Shown: positions 19,255-28,711 of the stretch, piece after piece
How positions within the stretch are numbered: position 1 is the stretch's first letter
How the letters are laid out: the number at the start of each line of letters is the position of its first letter
Source: Thermofilaceae archaeon
Lineage (GTDB): Archaea; Thermoproteota; Thermoprotei; Thermofilales; Thermofilaceae
Length of the DNA stretch: 64,000 bases
NCBI GenBank assembly: GCA_038861545.1
Contig: JAWCCZ010000003.1
Coordinates: 96,001 to 160,000 of the forward strand
Direction: 5' to 3'
Notes under the pieces: model-generated
Told to the model about the DNA's origin: nothing
The model's database searches: none
The model's input: the letters and a program-made list of their open reading frames with translations, nothing else
Made by a program: the position numbers and the translations under genes

Positions 19255-19752
19255 ATGTATATGAAAGTAGTGCATAAATACTGTGTGCGATGCGAATTAT
19301 GCGGGGAGGAGATCCGTGGAAAAGCTTACCTGGGAGTAGTTGATAGAGCGGAGCTTATCCTATGTGATAAATGTGTAAAGAGGGCCAGCAAAGTTTATGG
19401 TCCATTGGGAGCCAAAAAACAAGTTTCTCAGGCTGTTATTTCATCTCAACGTACTATACGTATCGAGAGCGAAAAAGAAGAAGTTGTAGATGATTTTGCT
19501 GATAAAATAAGGGAGGCAAGAGAGCGAGCAGGTTTCACTAGAGATACTTTAGCAGCACTACTTGGTACTAAAGTTTCCGTTGTTAGAAGACTAGAAGAAG
19601 GTTCTCTCAAACCAACACTAGAGATGGCGCGAAAACTTGAAAAAATACTCAAAGTGCAACTCATTGAGAATGTTGCTGAGGGTGACCTTGAGGGGGGTGG
19701 TATAAAAACTTGGGAGCAGACGCTAGGAGATGTAGCCGAGTTCAAAGAGTAA
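19255..19752 (+). CDS. mbf1: Archaeal multiprotein bridging factor 1 (Zn ribbon + Cro-type HTH)
   Basis: CELCG...CDKC, IREARE, LEKILKVQL, TLGD. Confidence 0.92.
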   Translation: MYMKVVHKYCVRCELCGEEIRGKAYLGVVDRAELILCDKCVKRASKVYGPLGAKKQVSQAVISSQRTIRIESEKEEVVDDFADKIREARERAGFTRDTLAALLGTKVSVVRRLEEGSLKPTLEMARKLEKILKVQLIENVAEGDLEGGGIKTWEQTLGDVAEFKE

Positions 19753-20990
19753 GACCTAGGCGTGTTGTTTTGGTTGAAAGATTAGATGAAGGCAGAAGCA
19801 GCCTTATGCATGAATTAAAAGAGCTAGCCACAGCCGCTGGCTATGAAGTTGCAGGCATTTTAACGCAAGTTAGGCATCCAGATCCTAATTATCAAATAGG
19901 GGAAGGCAAGGTAGAGGAATTAAAGGAACTAATTAAAAAGAAGGAGGCATGCAAGGTAATCTTCTTTAATGACCTAAAGCCTCGTCAAGCTTACAATCTG
20001 ACCAAGAAGCTTGGAGTTGAAGTAATCGATCGTTTTCAATTAATACTGGAGATTTTCGCTAGCAGAGCTGGCAGTAAGGAAGCTAAACTTCAGATAGAAC
20101 TAGCTAAGCTGAAAAGAGAGCTTTCGTTTGCCCGCGAATGGTTAAGATTGGCAAAGTTAGGTGAATTGCATGGCTTCCTCGGAGGCGGGGAATACGCCAT
20201 CGATGCTTATTACAAACACGTTAGAAGGAGGATAGTTAAAATAGAGGAGGAGCTTTCTAAACTAAGGGTTTTTAAGGAAAGCCGATGGATGAGAAGGAGC
20301 TGGGAAGGTGGGTTGTATTACGTAGCACTTACAGGCTATACTGGAGCTGGGAAGACTACATTGTTTAGGGCTCTAACTGGCTACCAAGGGTATGTGGATG
20401 GGAAGCCTTTTGCTACGCTGAATACAAAAATGGGTAGGACTTCTATTGAAGGAAGACCTATGGTAATCTCCGATACTGTTGGCTTTATAGACTGTTTACC
20501 CCCCCAGCTTTTAGACGCTTTCTATACAACATTGGGTGAAGTAGCTTTGGCGGATGCAGTTATCATGGTGTTCGACATTAGTGAAGACTCAGAAGAGATT
20601 AAACGTAAGCTTTCCGCTGCCTATACAACTCTAAGGGCTTTAGGTGTGAGTTCCACTAAAATCATTGCAGTGGCAAACAAGGTAGATGCGCTCGATGGAG
20701 AGAGCCTTGAGATGAAGCTTTCACCTGCTCGATCGTTAGGATTTGAGCCTATTCCGATTTCAGCTCTTAGAGGTGAGGGTATTGAACAACTCAAAAGAGC
20801 TATACTGGAAAAGTTACCCGGCTATGCAGTAGTTAAGGTTGAAATCGATAAAGTTAATATATTACATGAATTGCATAGGGGTGCTTTTATAAGAGAGGTT
20901 GACATCAAAGACGGGAAAATCGACGCCATTGTTGAAGGTCGGAAAGAGTGGATTGAAAGTATTCTGCGAAAAAGAATCTCGAAGAAATGA
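19710..20990 (+). CDS. hflX: GTPase HflX
   Basis: IGEGKVEE, EAKLQIELA, GYTGAGKTT, DTVGFI, NKVD. Start uncertain. Confidence 0.95.
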   Translation: MGADARRCSRVQRVRPRRVVLVERLDEGRSSLMHELKELATAAGYEVAGILTQVRHPDPNYQIGEGKVEELKELIKKKEACKVIFFNDLKPRQAYNLTKKLGVEVIDRFQLILEIFASRAGSKEAKLQIELAKLKRELSFAREWLRLAKLGELHGFLGGGEYAIDAYYKHVRRRIVKIEEELSKLRVFKESRWMRRSWEGGLYYVALTGYTGAGKTTLFRALTGYQGYVDGKPFATLNTKMGRTSIEGRPMVISDTVGFIDCLPPQLLDAFYTTLGEVALADAVIMVFDISEDSEEIKRKLSAAYTTLRALGVSSTKIIAVANKVDALDGESLEMKLSPARSLGFEPIPISALRGEGIEQLKRAILEKLPGYAVVKVEIDKVNILHELHRGAFIREVDIKDGKIDAIVEGRKEWIESILRKRISKK

Positions 20991-21009
20991 TAACCTTTTC
21001 CTGGGTTAG

Positions 21010-21606
21010 ATGTTTATGCAAATATTCGTTTTAAGAATTGGGCATAGACCTGGGAGAGATAAAAGAGTATCTACCCATGTTGGCCTTGTCGCTAGAGCGT
21101 TCGGCGCAGACGGTATAATTTATGTGGGCAATGTTGAGAAATCTTTACTAGACAATTTAAGGAAAGTTGTAGAAACATGGGGTGGGTCTTTTTCTATTGA
21201 AGTAACATCTTCGTATAGACAGGTCATCACTCATTGGAAAGGAAAAGGTGGAGTCGTTGTACACCTGACTATGTATGGTGAGAACATTGAAGGAAGCAAT
21301 GTACTTGAACAGATCAAAGCTTATGGCAAAGACATTTTAGTCGTGGTGGGAGCTGAGAAGGTTCCAGCTGACGTGTATAAGTTAGCCGACTTTAATGTAG
21401 CTATTGGTAACCAACCACACAGCGAAGTAGCTGCTTTAGCAGTTTTTCTAGATAGACTTTACGGAGGGAAAGAGCTACTAAAGAAATTTAAGGGTGGAAG
21501 ATTAGTAATCATACCCTCACTGCGAGGAAAAAAGGTAATTGAGGTAGTCGATTATGAGCGAAAGAGATCAAGTACTACTCATATTGGCGAGGAAGATCCA
21601 CGGTGA
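21010..21606 (+). CDS. trm56: tRNA (cytidine(56)-2'-O)-methyltransferase
   Basis: [38 protein letters not shown]. Confidence 0.96.
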   Translation: MFMQIFVLRIGHRPGRDKRVSTHVGLVARAFGADGIIYVGNVEKSLLDNLRKVVETWGGSFSIEVTSSYRQVITHWKGKGGVVVHLTMYGENIEGSNVLEQIKAYGKDILVVVGAEKVPADVYKLADFNVAIGNQPHSEVAALAVFLDRLYGGKELLKKFKGGRLVIIPSLRGKKVIEVVDYERKRSSTTHIGEEDPR

Positions 21607-22057
21607 TATAGCCGGGAGGATAGCTGAAAGGTTATCTAGGGTAGGGGAAGCCACAGATGAACAGCTTTCACAAGCGTTGGGGATAGAAATTGGTCTTATA
21701 AGGAGGTTGCTTAACGAGTTATATGAGTCGAGACTTGTTCGATATAGAAGGGTTAGGGATGTTGATCAAGGCTGGTATTTATACTATTGGAGATTAACAG
21801 ACGAAGATCCATTCCGCGTAGTCGAAGAAAGGAAAAAGAGGGTTCTCGAGAACCTAAAGCTTAAGTTAGAACATGAAGAAAGTGGATCCTATTTTATTTG
21901 TCAGCGATGCAATGCTAGATACTCCTTTGATGACATCGTAGACTACATGTTTAGATGCCCTGAATGCGGGTCTGACCTAGAGGCAATTGATAATAGCCTA
22001 GTTGTAAATAAACTTAGGATTATTATATGTAAGCTTGAAGGATTGAAGTTAGAATAG
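21554..22057 (+). CDS. tfe: Transcription factor E (alpha)
   Basis: Winged helix with TDEQL and GWYLYYW; Zn ribbon CQRC...FRCPECG. Confidence 0.93.
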   Translation: MSERDQVLLILARKIHGDIAGRIAERLSRVGEATDEQLSQALGIEIGLIRRLLNELYESRLVRYRRVRDVDQGWYLYYWRLTDEDPFRVVEERKKRVLENLKLKLEHEESGSYFICQRCNARYSFDDIVDYMFRCPECGSDLEAIDNSLVVNKLRIIICKLEGLKLE

Positions 22058-22083
22058 GTGCTAAAACTTAATAGGTTAACAAA

Positions 22084-22398
22084 ATGAATGGTCGGTGTAT
22101 TTCAATGCCTGGCAAGATACTGAGTATTAAGGAGGCTTTAAGTCATCCTCTGAGAAGACGTATAGTAGCGACCTTAATGGACGATCCAGGAATCAGTGTA
22201 AGACAGCTGGCACGTCATCTAGGAGTCGGAGTTGGCGCTCTTTCAGGTCATTTAGCGATTCTGTATCGCATGGGGCTCATTAGAGAGGAAAGGCAAGGAA
22301 ATCGCTTACAACTATTCCTAAACGAGGAATATATAGCTAATTCACTCGGAGAGAGGTGGTCAGAGTGGAGTTCCTATTCGCGCGCTCAGAGGAGATAA
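22084..22398 (+). CDS. ArsR-family winged-helix regulator
   Basis: ALSHPLRRRI, HLAILYRMGLI. Start may be ATG 22105. Confidence 0.85.
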   Translation: MNGRCISMPGKILSIKEALSHPLRRRIVATLMDDPGISVRQLARHLGVGVGALSGHLAILYRMGLIREERQGNRLQLFLNEEYIANSLGERWSEWSSYSRAQRR

Positions 22399-23576
22399 AA
22401 AGTGGTAAGACCACTGATATATATTTTGAGCGAACTTTAAAAGTTCTCGAAAGAGAGAATTTAGCTTCAACAGAGGTTTATGCCGAAGTAACGGCGAGCG
22501 CAATACCACACAGGTATAAATGGGTCATTTATGCAGGTTTAAGAGAAGCGTTAACCCTTCTCGAGGGTAGAAACATTTCAGTTTACTCAATACCAGAGTG
22601 CACGTTGTTCTATCCGGTTGATGTAAATAAAGTAAAAACGCCTGTACTGGCTGTTGAGGGTCCTTATGAGGAATTTGCTGTCTTCGAAACCGCGCTTCTC
22701 GGCTTTCTAGCTTCAGCCTCTGGAGTTACTACTAAGGCGGCAAGGGTTAAGAAAGCTGCTTGCAATCGCCCAGTACTTTCCTTTGGGGCGCGGCGCACTC
22801 ACCCAGCAATAGCACCGTTTGTAGATTATTATGCATACATAGGTGGTTGTGATGGTGTTTCCTGTGTTAAGGGAGCTGAACTGCTTAACATAGCACCGTC
22901 AGGCACCATGCCCCACAGCCTCATGATAATATTTAGAGCAGTTAAGGGTAACCACGTTGAAGCTTGGATAGCTTTTGATAAACACGTTGAGCCGGAAGTG
23001 CCCAGAATAGTACTCGCTGATACATTCTGGGATGAAACAGAAGAGACTCTAAAAGCGGCAGAAAAGCTTGGAACAAGGCTATGGGGTGTCAGGCTTGATA
23101 CGCCTAGCAGTAGACGAGGAGATATAGCTGCTATTGTGAGAGAGGTGAAATGGAAGTTACGAACTGCTGGCTATAATCATGTAAGGGTAGTTGTGTCAGG
23201 TGGGCTTGATGAGAACGTGATACCAGAGCTAATTGAAGCTGGTGCTGATGCATTCGGCGTCGGCTCAGCCATAGCTAATGCTCCCTACATAGATTATGCT
23301 ATGGATATCACGGCTGTCAAGGTTAAAGGTGAATGGATTGCGATATCTAAGAGAGGTAAATTCAGTGGTCGTAAACAGGTCTATAGATGCTGGAATTGCC
23401 TTAAAGACATGGTGACCCTTGCTGAGGATAACGCGGAAAAATGTCCAAGTTGTGGTGGACCTGTTGAGCCGTTATTAACCAAGGTAATGGAGGTAGGTAG
23501 AATACTCATAGAGAGAGAACTGCCAGAAAACTTGCGTAAACGTGTACTAACCCAGATCCAGAAGGTAGAATTATAA
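22356..23576 (+). CDS. pncB: Nicotinate phosphoribosyltransferase
   Basis: TDIYF, SFGARR, GTMPHS, VRLDTP, SGGLD, FGVG; C-terminal Zn ribbon. Confidence 0.95.
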   Translation: MVRVEFLFARSEEIKSGKTTDIYFERTLKVLERENLASTEVYAEVTASAIPHRYKWVIYAGLREALTLLEGRNISVYSIPECTLFYPVDVNKVKTPVLAVEGPYEEFAVFETALLGFLASASGVTTKAARVKKAACNRPVLSFGARRTHPAIAPFVDYYAYIGGCDGVSCVKGAELLNIAPSGTMPHSLMIIFRAVKGNHVEAWIAFDKHVEPEVPRIVLADTFWDETEETLKAAEKLGTRLWGVRLDTPSSRRGDIAAIVREVKWKLRTAGYNHVRVVVSGGLDENVIPELIEAGADAFGVGSAIANAPYIDYAMDITAVKVKGEWIAISKRGKFSGRKQVYRCWNCLKDMVTLAEDNAEKCPSCGGPVEPLLTKVMEVGRILIERELPENLRKRVLTQIQKVEL

Positions 23577-23630
23577 GGCCCAATATCTACTTGTTACTTA
23601 AAAATTCCATAGCCTTGTTCCAAGCTTTTC
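23061..23630. repeat. Perfect 24-bp long-range inverted repeat (arms 23061-23084 and 23607-23630)
   Basis: GAAAAGCTTGGAACAAGGCTATGG inside pncB is the exact reverse complement of CCATAGCCTTGTTCCAAGCTTTTC downstream of the stop. Confidence 0.95.
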
Positions 23631-23653
23631 AGTATCGGCGAACGATTTTAGGC
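23607..23653 (-). pseudogene. Inverted degenerate fragment of pncB coding sequence
   Basis: Minus strand reads PKIV-(frameshift)-ADT-EKLGTRLW, versus PRIVLADT...EKLGTRLW in PncB. Confidence 0.65.
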
Positions 23654-23767
23654 TTATCCTGTTACGAAGACAGTGCTGTATGCCCCATGCTGAAGGGTTA
23701 AACAATGCTAGCTTGCTGATAGTATTCACTTACATGAGAGTTTCAACATCGGCAAATTGTTACTTGA

Positions 23768-23842
23768 TGCGGCCGCCGGGATTCGAACCCGGGTTCTCCG
23801 GCGTGGCAGGCCGGCGTCTTAACCAAACTAGACTACGGCCGC
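23768..23842 (-). tRNA. tRNA-Gly(GCC), intronless
   Basis: GCGGCCG acceptor stem; CCGGC-CT-GCC-AC-GCCGG anticodon arm; TTCGAAT T loop. Confidence 0.97.
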
Positions 23843-23966
23843 TATTTTCAAGCACCGGGGATTTAATGGGGTGATATATATTTGCCGCATCCTAAAGCAG
23901 TTAACTCTGAGCTACTTATTGTGGTAAAAGTAAACAATATATTCCCTCTTCTTTACGTGAAATACA

Positions 23967-24066
23967 GCCGGGGTCGCCTAGCCTGGTCGAGGGCGCCGGA
24001 CTCATAATCTAGATCAATTCGGGATAGGATATCCGGTCAACCCGGGTTCGAATCCCGGCCCCGGCA
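23967..24066 (+). tRNA. Elongator tRNA-Met(CAT) with 24-nt intron (24007-24030)
   Basis: GCCGGGG/CCCCGGC acceptor (G1-C72, so not initiator); CCGGA-CT-CAT-A|intron|A-TCCGG. Confidence 0.92.
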
Positions 24067-24133
24067 CTAATTTATGCTCTATCTCTAGATAGCTGATGAT
24101 TGACGATTAATTTACTGTTTGATGTACGTTAAG

Positions 24134-25108
24134 TCATCGAAAAGATGGGGAAGGCTCCGTTAACCTTACCCCCCACCGTGATATTCCTGTAACTAGTACC
24201 TGTTTAGCCATACTCTTCAATGTATCAGCTACGCGCCCAGCATCTTCTTTCCAGCATAAAGCTACCACAAATCCTCCGCCTCCAGCGCCAGTCAACTTCG
24301 CTCCTAGAGCTCCTGCCTCTCTAGCTGCGTCTACGAGTAAGTCAAGCTTATTGTTAGAAACTCCTATTGCGTGAAGTAACCCATGGTTTATGTTCATCAG
24401 TTGACCTACTCTGAAAAAGTCACCCTGTTCCAGCGCATCCTTGGCTGAATAGGCAAGCTCGCCGGCCGCATTGTATATATGTTCGAGTACATGCGGGTAG
24501 CGGTCTCTCAGTGTTAAAACTTTAGCCACCATAGCGCCTGTGGACCGTTCGATTCCTGAATCAGCTAACACCAACCTTATAGAACTTATATTAGAGCTTA
24601 ACTGCCGGAAACGCATTCCCTTTTTATAAAATATAAGCCCGCCGTACGTTGATACCGTGTTGTCTATCCCACTGGGTTTACCGTGGACCACTGTTTCAGA
24701 TCTGTAAGCAATTTCAGATATTTTTTCTAGGCTGAGCTCTAATCCAAGTAGTTTAGCTGTTGCAGCAACCGTAGCTACAGCAACGGCAGCTGAGGAACCC
24801 ATACCAGCTGCTCGGGGAATACTTGACTCTATTTTTAAGTTAAGACCCTTGGTCTTATCAGTAATTTTGAGGACTTCTTTAGCTGCAACGTAAACCGGGT
24901 ACAATGGTCCATTTTTCTCATCTTCGAAACTGAAAAAAGCTTCGCCGTACTCCATTGAGCTAACGTTAACCCCCTCTTTATCAATAAATTCGGCTTTTAC
25001 CCGTGCTTCAATTTCTACGGCAGCGGCAATCGCAGGCTGTCCACCTACAACAAAATGCTCGCCAACGAGTATAACTTTGCCCGGGGCTATTGCACACACG
25101 CTACTCAA
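24134..25108 (-). CDS. mvk: Mevalonate kinase
   Basis: APGKVILVGEHFVV, GMGSSAA, HGKPSGID, KLTGAGGGG. Confidence 0.95.
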   Translation of the reverse strand: MSSVCAIAPGKVILVGEHFVVGGQPAIAAAVEIEARVKAEFIDKEGVNVSSMEYGEAFFSFEDEKNGPLYPVYVAAKEVLKITDKTKGLNLKIESSIPRAAGMGSSAAVAVATVAATAKLLGLELSLEKISEIAYRSETVVHGKPSGIDNTVSTYGGLIFYKKGMRFRQLSSNISSIRLVLADSGIERSTGAMVAKVLTLRDRYPHVLEHIYNAAGELAYSAKDALEQGDFFRVGQLMNINHGLLHAIGVSNNKLDLLVDAAREAGALGAKLTGAGGGGFVVALCWKEDAGRVADTLKSMAKQVLVTGISRWGVRLTEPSPSFR

Positions 25109-25697
25109 CTAAATCACCTAAAAACTGCATCAACCTTTCAATAGTCCTTCTATAATCTTCTTTTTTATATAAGTTAACCGCTACTAGGGTTTTTATTAAC
25201 AAGTCATTTGGGCAAGCCTTGCCCTCACTGTAGCATTTTACTAGGGTTTTCTCGGCGGCCTCTATAGTTAATAGGTACAGCTTACGTATTAGTTCCACAG
25301 CCTCTAGCAGCTCGTTTTCGCCTAATTTGGCACCCATCTTGGTTAGAGCCACTGCAGCGTTTCTAGCATTTTCTTCAATTAGTGTGGCATATTGTTCACT
25401 ACCCGGTATTAACCCCTCTGCAAGCTCATATGATACAATAAACCGATGTGCAGTCGCACGATACCATCTCACGACTAGATTTCGTCGGATTTCCGTCCTC
25501 ACAACTGCTACTAGTCCACCCTGTTCAAGCATAGATAGGTGATGCGCGATAGATGAGACATTCTTTCCCAAAGCCTTGGCCAGTTGTTGCGGTGTCATTT
25601 CTGCAAAGCGCAATAACTGCAGGATTCTCCTACGGGTTTCGTCTGCGAGCAGTTTTGCCACTTCAGGTTCTCTGATGACCTTAACACCGGAATTCAT
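25101..25697 (-). CDS. ArsR-family regulator with C-terminal helical domain
   Basis: LADETRRRIL, HHLSMLEQGGLV, WYRATA; overlaps the mvk start. Confidence 0.88.
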   Translation of the reverse strand: MNSGVKVIREPEVAKLLADETRRRILQLLRFAEMTPQQLAKALGKNVSSIAHHLSMLEQGGLVAVVRTEIRRNLVVRWYRATAHRFIVSYELAEGLIPGSEQYATLIEENARNAAVALTKMGAKLGENELLEAVELIRKLYLLTIEAAEKTLVKCYSEGKACPNDLLIKTLVAVNLYKKEDYRRTIERLMQFLGDLVE

Positions 25698-25720
25698 TGA
25701 AGAATACTTAGAAAAAGGCT

Positions 25721-25733
25721 GGAAAAATTTTCC
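25721..25733. promoter_or_regulatory. Palindrome over the arsR-mvk promoter (possible operator)
   Basis: GGAAAA-A-TTTTCC lies 24-36 nt upstream of ATG 25697. Confidence 0.35.
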
Positions 25734-25822
25734 GCATGTCTGACTAGCTCACAGCGGCCTTCTAGAATAGCTAGAGTCAGAATTTCTAAACGAGGAATTT
25801 AAGTTCAGAGGTTGTTTTAAGA

Positions 25823-26470
25823 TTGAGAATGCCTCTTACATGCTGTATTTACGAATTAAGCAAACCGTTAAGCCTTAAAGAAATTACCGGAAAACTTGAA
25901 CGTACTCGTTGGTCAGTACAAATTTTAGGAGATGAAGTAGAAAATAAAGTTTTCCGGATAATCTCGGTGGAAAGGAGGGAAGGGCGCTTAACCATATTTC
26001 TTAAAATATATGCTGGTGATCAACGACTGGAAAAAATATTGAAAGTCCGAATTATAAGCTTCAGAGGACACACATACCTGCTTGCTTTTGCCAGTAAAAA
26101 AATTGTCAGCAAAATCGCTAAGTCTATAGCAGACGTTTTAGGCGTAGAAGTCTCCACAATAGTAATCCAGCAAAGCAAGCTCAGGAAGATTTACGAGGGG
26201 AAGACCATAAAATTAGTTGTTTTCGATATGGTTAGAGTTCCTGGACTTCGTAAAGTAACCCTCTCGGGAAGCTCAGTAGCCGATACTGATGCCTTTAGGG
26301 AATATATCAGCGTATGCGAAGTCAGTTATGTATTATTTGAATGGATGGGATTCATAGTTGGTATCAGTGTATCGGGAACAGTTGTATGTTTATCCAAAAT
26401 CGATGAAGAAGTATTTTTTAAATTAATAGAAGAAGAACTAATTCCACTAGTGGTATCGACTTCTATATGA
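25823..26470 (+). CDS. Hypothetical protein
   Basis: 215-aa alpha/beta ORF; ATGA overlap with the next gene. Confidence 0.75.
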   Translation: MRMPLTCCIYELSKPLSLKEITGKLERTRWSVQILGDEVENKVFRIISVERREGRLTIFLKIYAGDQRLEKILKVRIISFRGHTYLLAFASKKIVSKIAKSIADVLGVEVSTIVIQQSKLRKIYEGKTIKLVVFDMVRVPGLRKVTLSGSSVADTDAFREYISVCEVSYVLFEWMGFIVGISVSGTVVCLSKIDEEVFFKLIEEELIPLVVSTSI

Positions 26471-26992
26471 CCGTCTATTTCATTGGTATATTCACACCGT
26501 TAAAATGTTTTGATAAGTTTATACCGAGCCTCTATGAGCTGATTCCGCTTGAACACCGTCATCTGACCTTAATATACTTGGGGTATATCAAATATCTAGG
26601 CAATACCAAAAATTTCTTCATTTATAATATTCCTCCTATACGGAAGTTTAAGCTATTCTTTCAGGGCATCGAGCCTTACCCAAGCATGGCCAAGCCGAGG
26701 TACCTGGCAGCTAAGCCAGATAAGACGAGTACTGAACGGCTTTATGATTTACGGACGAGAATCCTGGACTGCGTAAAAAGTTCAGTTGTCGACAAGTATG
26801 AGGTATTCAAACCTCATGTTTCTATAGCTTACACTCGCGCGAAGCCTTCCTTAGATCTAATTGAGCAAGTTCAACATGTTATTAAGGAAAGTAAAAGCAT
26901 CAAAGAGTCTTTGATTGTAGAAAAAAATCTCGTTAGTTAAAGCTAAAGCGGGTAAATTTTTGGAAATAGCTTACCTAAACCTTACTATATGA
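26467..26992 (+). CDS. 2H phosphoesterase (2'-5' RNA ligase/ThpR-like), apparently frameshifted at an A7 run
   Basis: HLTL and HVSI motifs. The ORF stops at 26940, but removing one A at 26921-26927 gives a family-like C-terminus ending at 26992. Confidence 0.8.
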
Positions 26993-27006
26993 AATATTCA
27001 ATGCCC

Positions 27007-27300
27007 TCAAGCGCTCTCAGCCAGCTCGTCTTGGAGCTCCAGGTGCCTCCGGAAATACTCTGCAGCGAAACTACACACAGGAACTATCTTTAGTCCATTT
27101 TCCTTAGCCCAGGCAACTGCATGTTGCAAAAGTTTTGTGGCAAACCCCTTCCCACGGTACTCCGGAGGAGTATAAGTCTTATTAATGTAAAATTTTTTCT
27201 CCTTAATTTCATATTGCAAGAATGAGTAGGTGCCTGGTGCCAGCCTGATCAGGAACATACATTGTTCAGGCCTGTGTAATACTGTATTTTCTTCACTCAT
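27007..27300 (-). CDS. Small GNAT N-acetyltransferase (YjdJ-like)
   Basis: TYTPPEYRGKGFA, KIVPVCSF. Confidence 0.9.
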   Translation of the reverse strand: MSEENTVLHRPEQCMFLIRLAPGTYSFLQYEIKEKKFYINKTYTPPEYRGKGFATKLLQHAVAWAKENGLKIVPVCSFAAEYFRRHLELQDELAESA

Positions 27301-27389
27301 ATGAGAGCTGAGAGTTACAGCTTTATACGTTTTATCTTAAAACGATATCCGCGCAAGAGATAAAAATAGATGGATAGACAACCCGCGGA

Positions 27390-27491
27390 GGGCCCGTAGT
27401 CTAGTGGTTAGGATGTCCGCCTTACAAGCGTGCCTCGGTAGCCGAGGGCTAAGAACGCGGGAGGTCCCGGGTTCGAATCCCGGCGGGCCCA
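27390..27491 (+). tRNA. tRNA-Val(TAC) with 29-nt intron (27427-27455)
   Basis: Canonical BHB with CTTA/TAAG central helix and 3-nt bulges; CCTCGG/CCGAGG intron hairpin. Confidence 0.95.
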
Positions 27492-27527
27492 CTATTTTAC
27501 ATATTCATTTTCCCTCTATTTTCTAAC

Positions 27528-28109
27528 TTATATTGTGCAGCCGGTAGGGCTAAGCGCTATGCGGAGAGCATCCAGTTCGTGGCGTGACAATTTTTTAAGT
27601 CTTGTGAAGTCGCCGATTACAACGTTTGCTTTAGCCTCCTCCTCATGCACAAGGTTTGCAGAGACTCTTAACTTGCGAATCGAGCCAGCCAATTCTTCGG
27701 CCAATTTGTAGCACGCCTTAGTATATCCTATTTTGCATTGAATGTCTTTTTTTAGTTTAATGAGTTCGGATATTAGTTCAATGGTTTTGTCGTTTTCTCT
27801 TACAATACTAGTGTAAGCCATAATGTCGTTTATCAGTATAACCATACCAATGTTTCTTGCCCCTACATCGATTCCTACCGTCATCTTAGTACTTCTTTCT
27901 AATTGATGTGCTAGCCAGCAAGCGAATAAAGCAACCTGGTGCTTAGAACGTAGTATTTCCTTAGGTACTTTTTTACCATTGTTACTAACCTCGATAAATG
28001 ATTCTAAACCAAGGTCCCTTATCGTTTGATAAAGTAGGTGAATAGAGCGTAGATCCGGCGCGCACAGAGCTACACGCCGCGTTCTCAGGGCTTGTTCCAA
28101 GCTTCGCAT
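27528..28109 (-). CDS. RNase H-fold (YqgF/RuvC-like) putative nuclease
   Basis: VGIDVGARNIG, LVHEE, HELDALRIA. Confidence 0.65.
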   Translation of the reverse strand: MRSLEQALRTRRVALCAPDLRSIHLLYQTIRDLGLESFIEVSNNGKKVPKEILRSKHQVALFACWLAHQLERSTKMTVGIDVGARNIGMVILINDIMAYTSIVRENDKTIELISELIKLKKDIQCKIGYTKACYKLAEELAGSIRKLRVSANLVHEEEAKANVVIGDFTRLKKLSRHELDALRIALSPTGCTI

Positions 28110-28711
28110 ACTTCAATCATTTTATTCAATTCTATCCTATTTCTGTCAAGGAGTATATTAGGGTCCGCTAATTCACGCTCCTCAAGTATAACCTCTTTCT
28201 TAACAACCTTCAGCCTTAATAGATAAGGCTTTAGAAGCCGAATATACCGCAGGCCGAGCGGTCCGCCGGTTCTCTGGTCTTCTCCGCATACAGTGATGAC
28301 TTTACCTGAGTTCTCAATTATGCTAGTGAATATCTGGATTTCAGTCAGTGCCATACGCATTATGTAGCTTTCCTTAAGAACTGCTCTGTAAGGAATTATA
28401 TTTGCCAAAAACTCATCTAACACGATAGTCCTACAATCACCTGCTCTCGTTTCCCCAAGCACCTCGAACACTTTGAGTAACTCGCTGTAGAAAGACATTG
28501 TCTGAAAAACTTTAGCCTCCTTTGGGAGTTTTTTCAGACGTGCATGTCTTCCGGTACCTATGTATAGAAATGGCCTAGAGTTATAGGCAATCAATAGGGC
28601 TAATCGTGTTCTTAATGAGCCCGGAGGCCCATAAATGACTAATCCTTTTTTCTCCTCTAAAATCCGTGTTAACAAGTAGAGTAAGTGTTCAGCCTCCGGT
28701 TTTTTGCGCAT
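28085..28711 (-). CDS. RecA/RadB-like P-loop protein with degenerate Walker A
   Basis: VIYGPPGSLRT, LYIGT, Walker B IVLDE, GPLG. Confidence 0.65.
   Translation of the reverse strand: MRKKPEAEHLLYLLTRILEEKKGLVIYGPPGSLRTRLALLIAYNSRPFLYIGTGRHARLKKLPKEAKVFQTMSFYSELLKVFEVLGETRAGDCRTIVLDEFLANIIPYRAVLKESYIMRMALTEIQIFTSIIENSGKVITVCGEDQRTGGPLGLRYIRLLKPYLLRLKVVKKEVILEERELADPNILLDRNRIELNKMIEVCEAWNKP

Noticed and set aside
27381-27390. Leader CCCGCG complementary to the 3' anticodon stem of tRNA-Val (split or permuted tRNA?)
   Set aside because: Only 6 bp, and the tRNA gene is complete and colinear.
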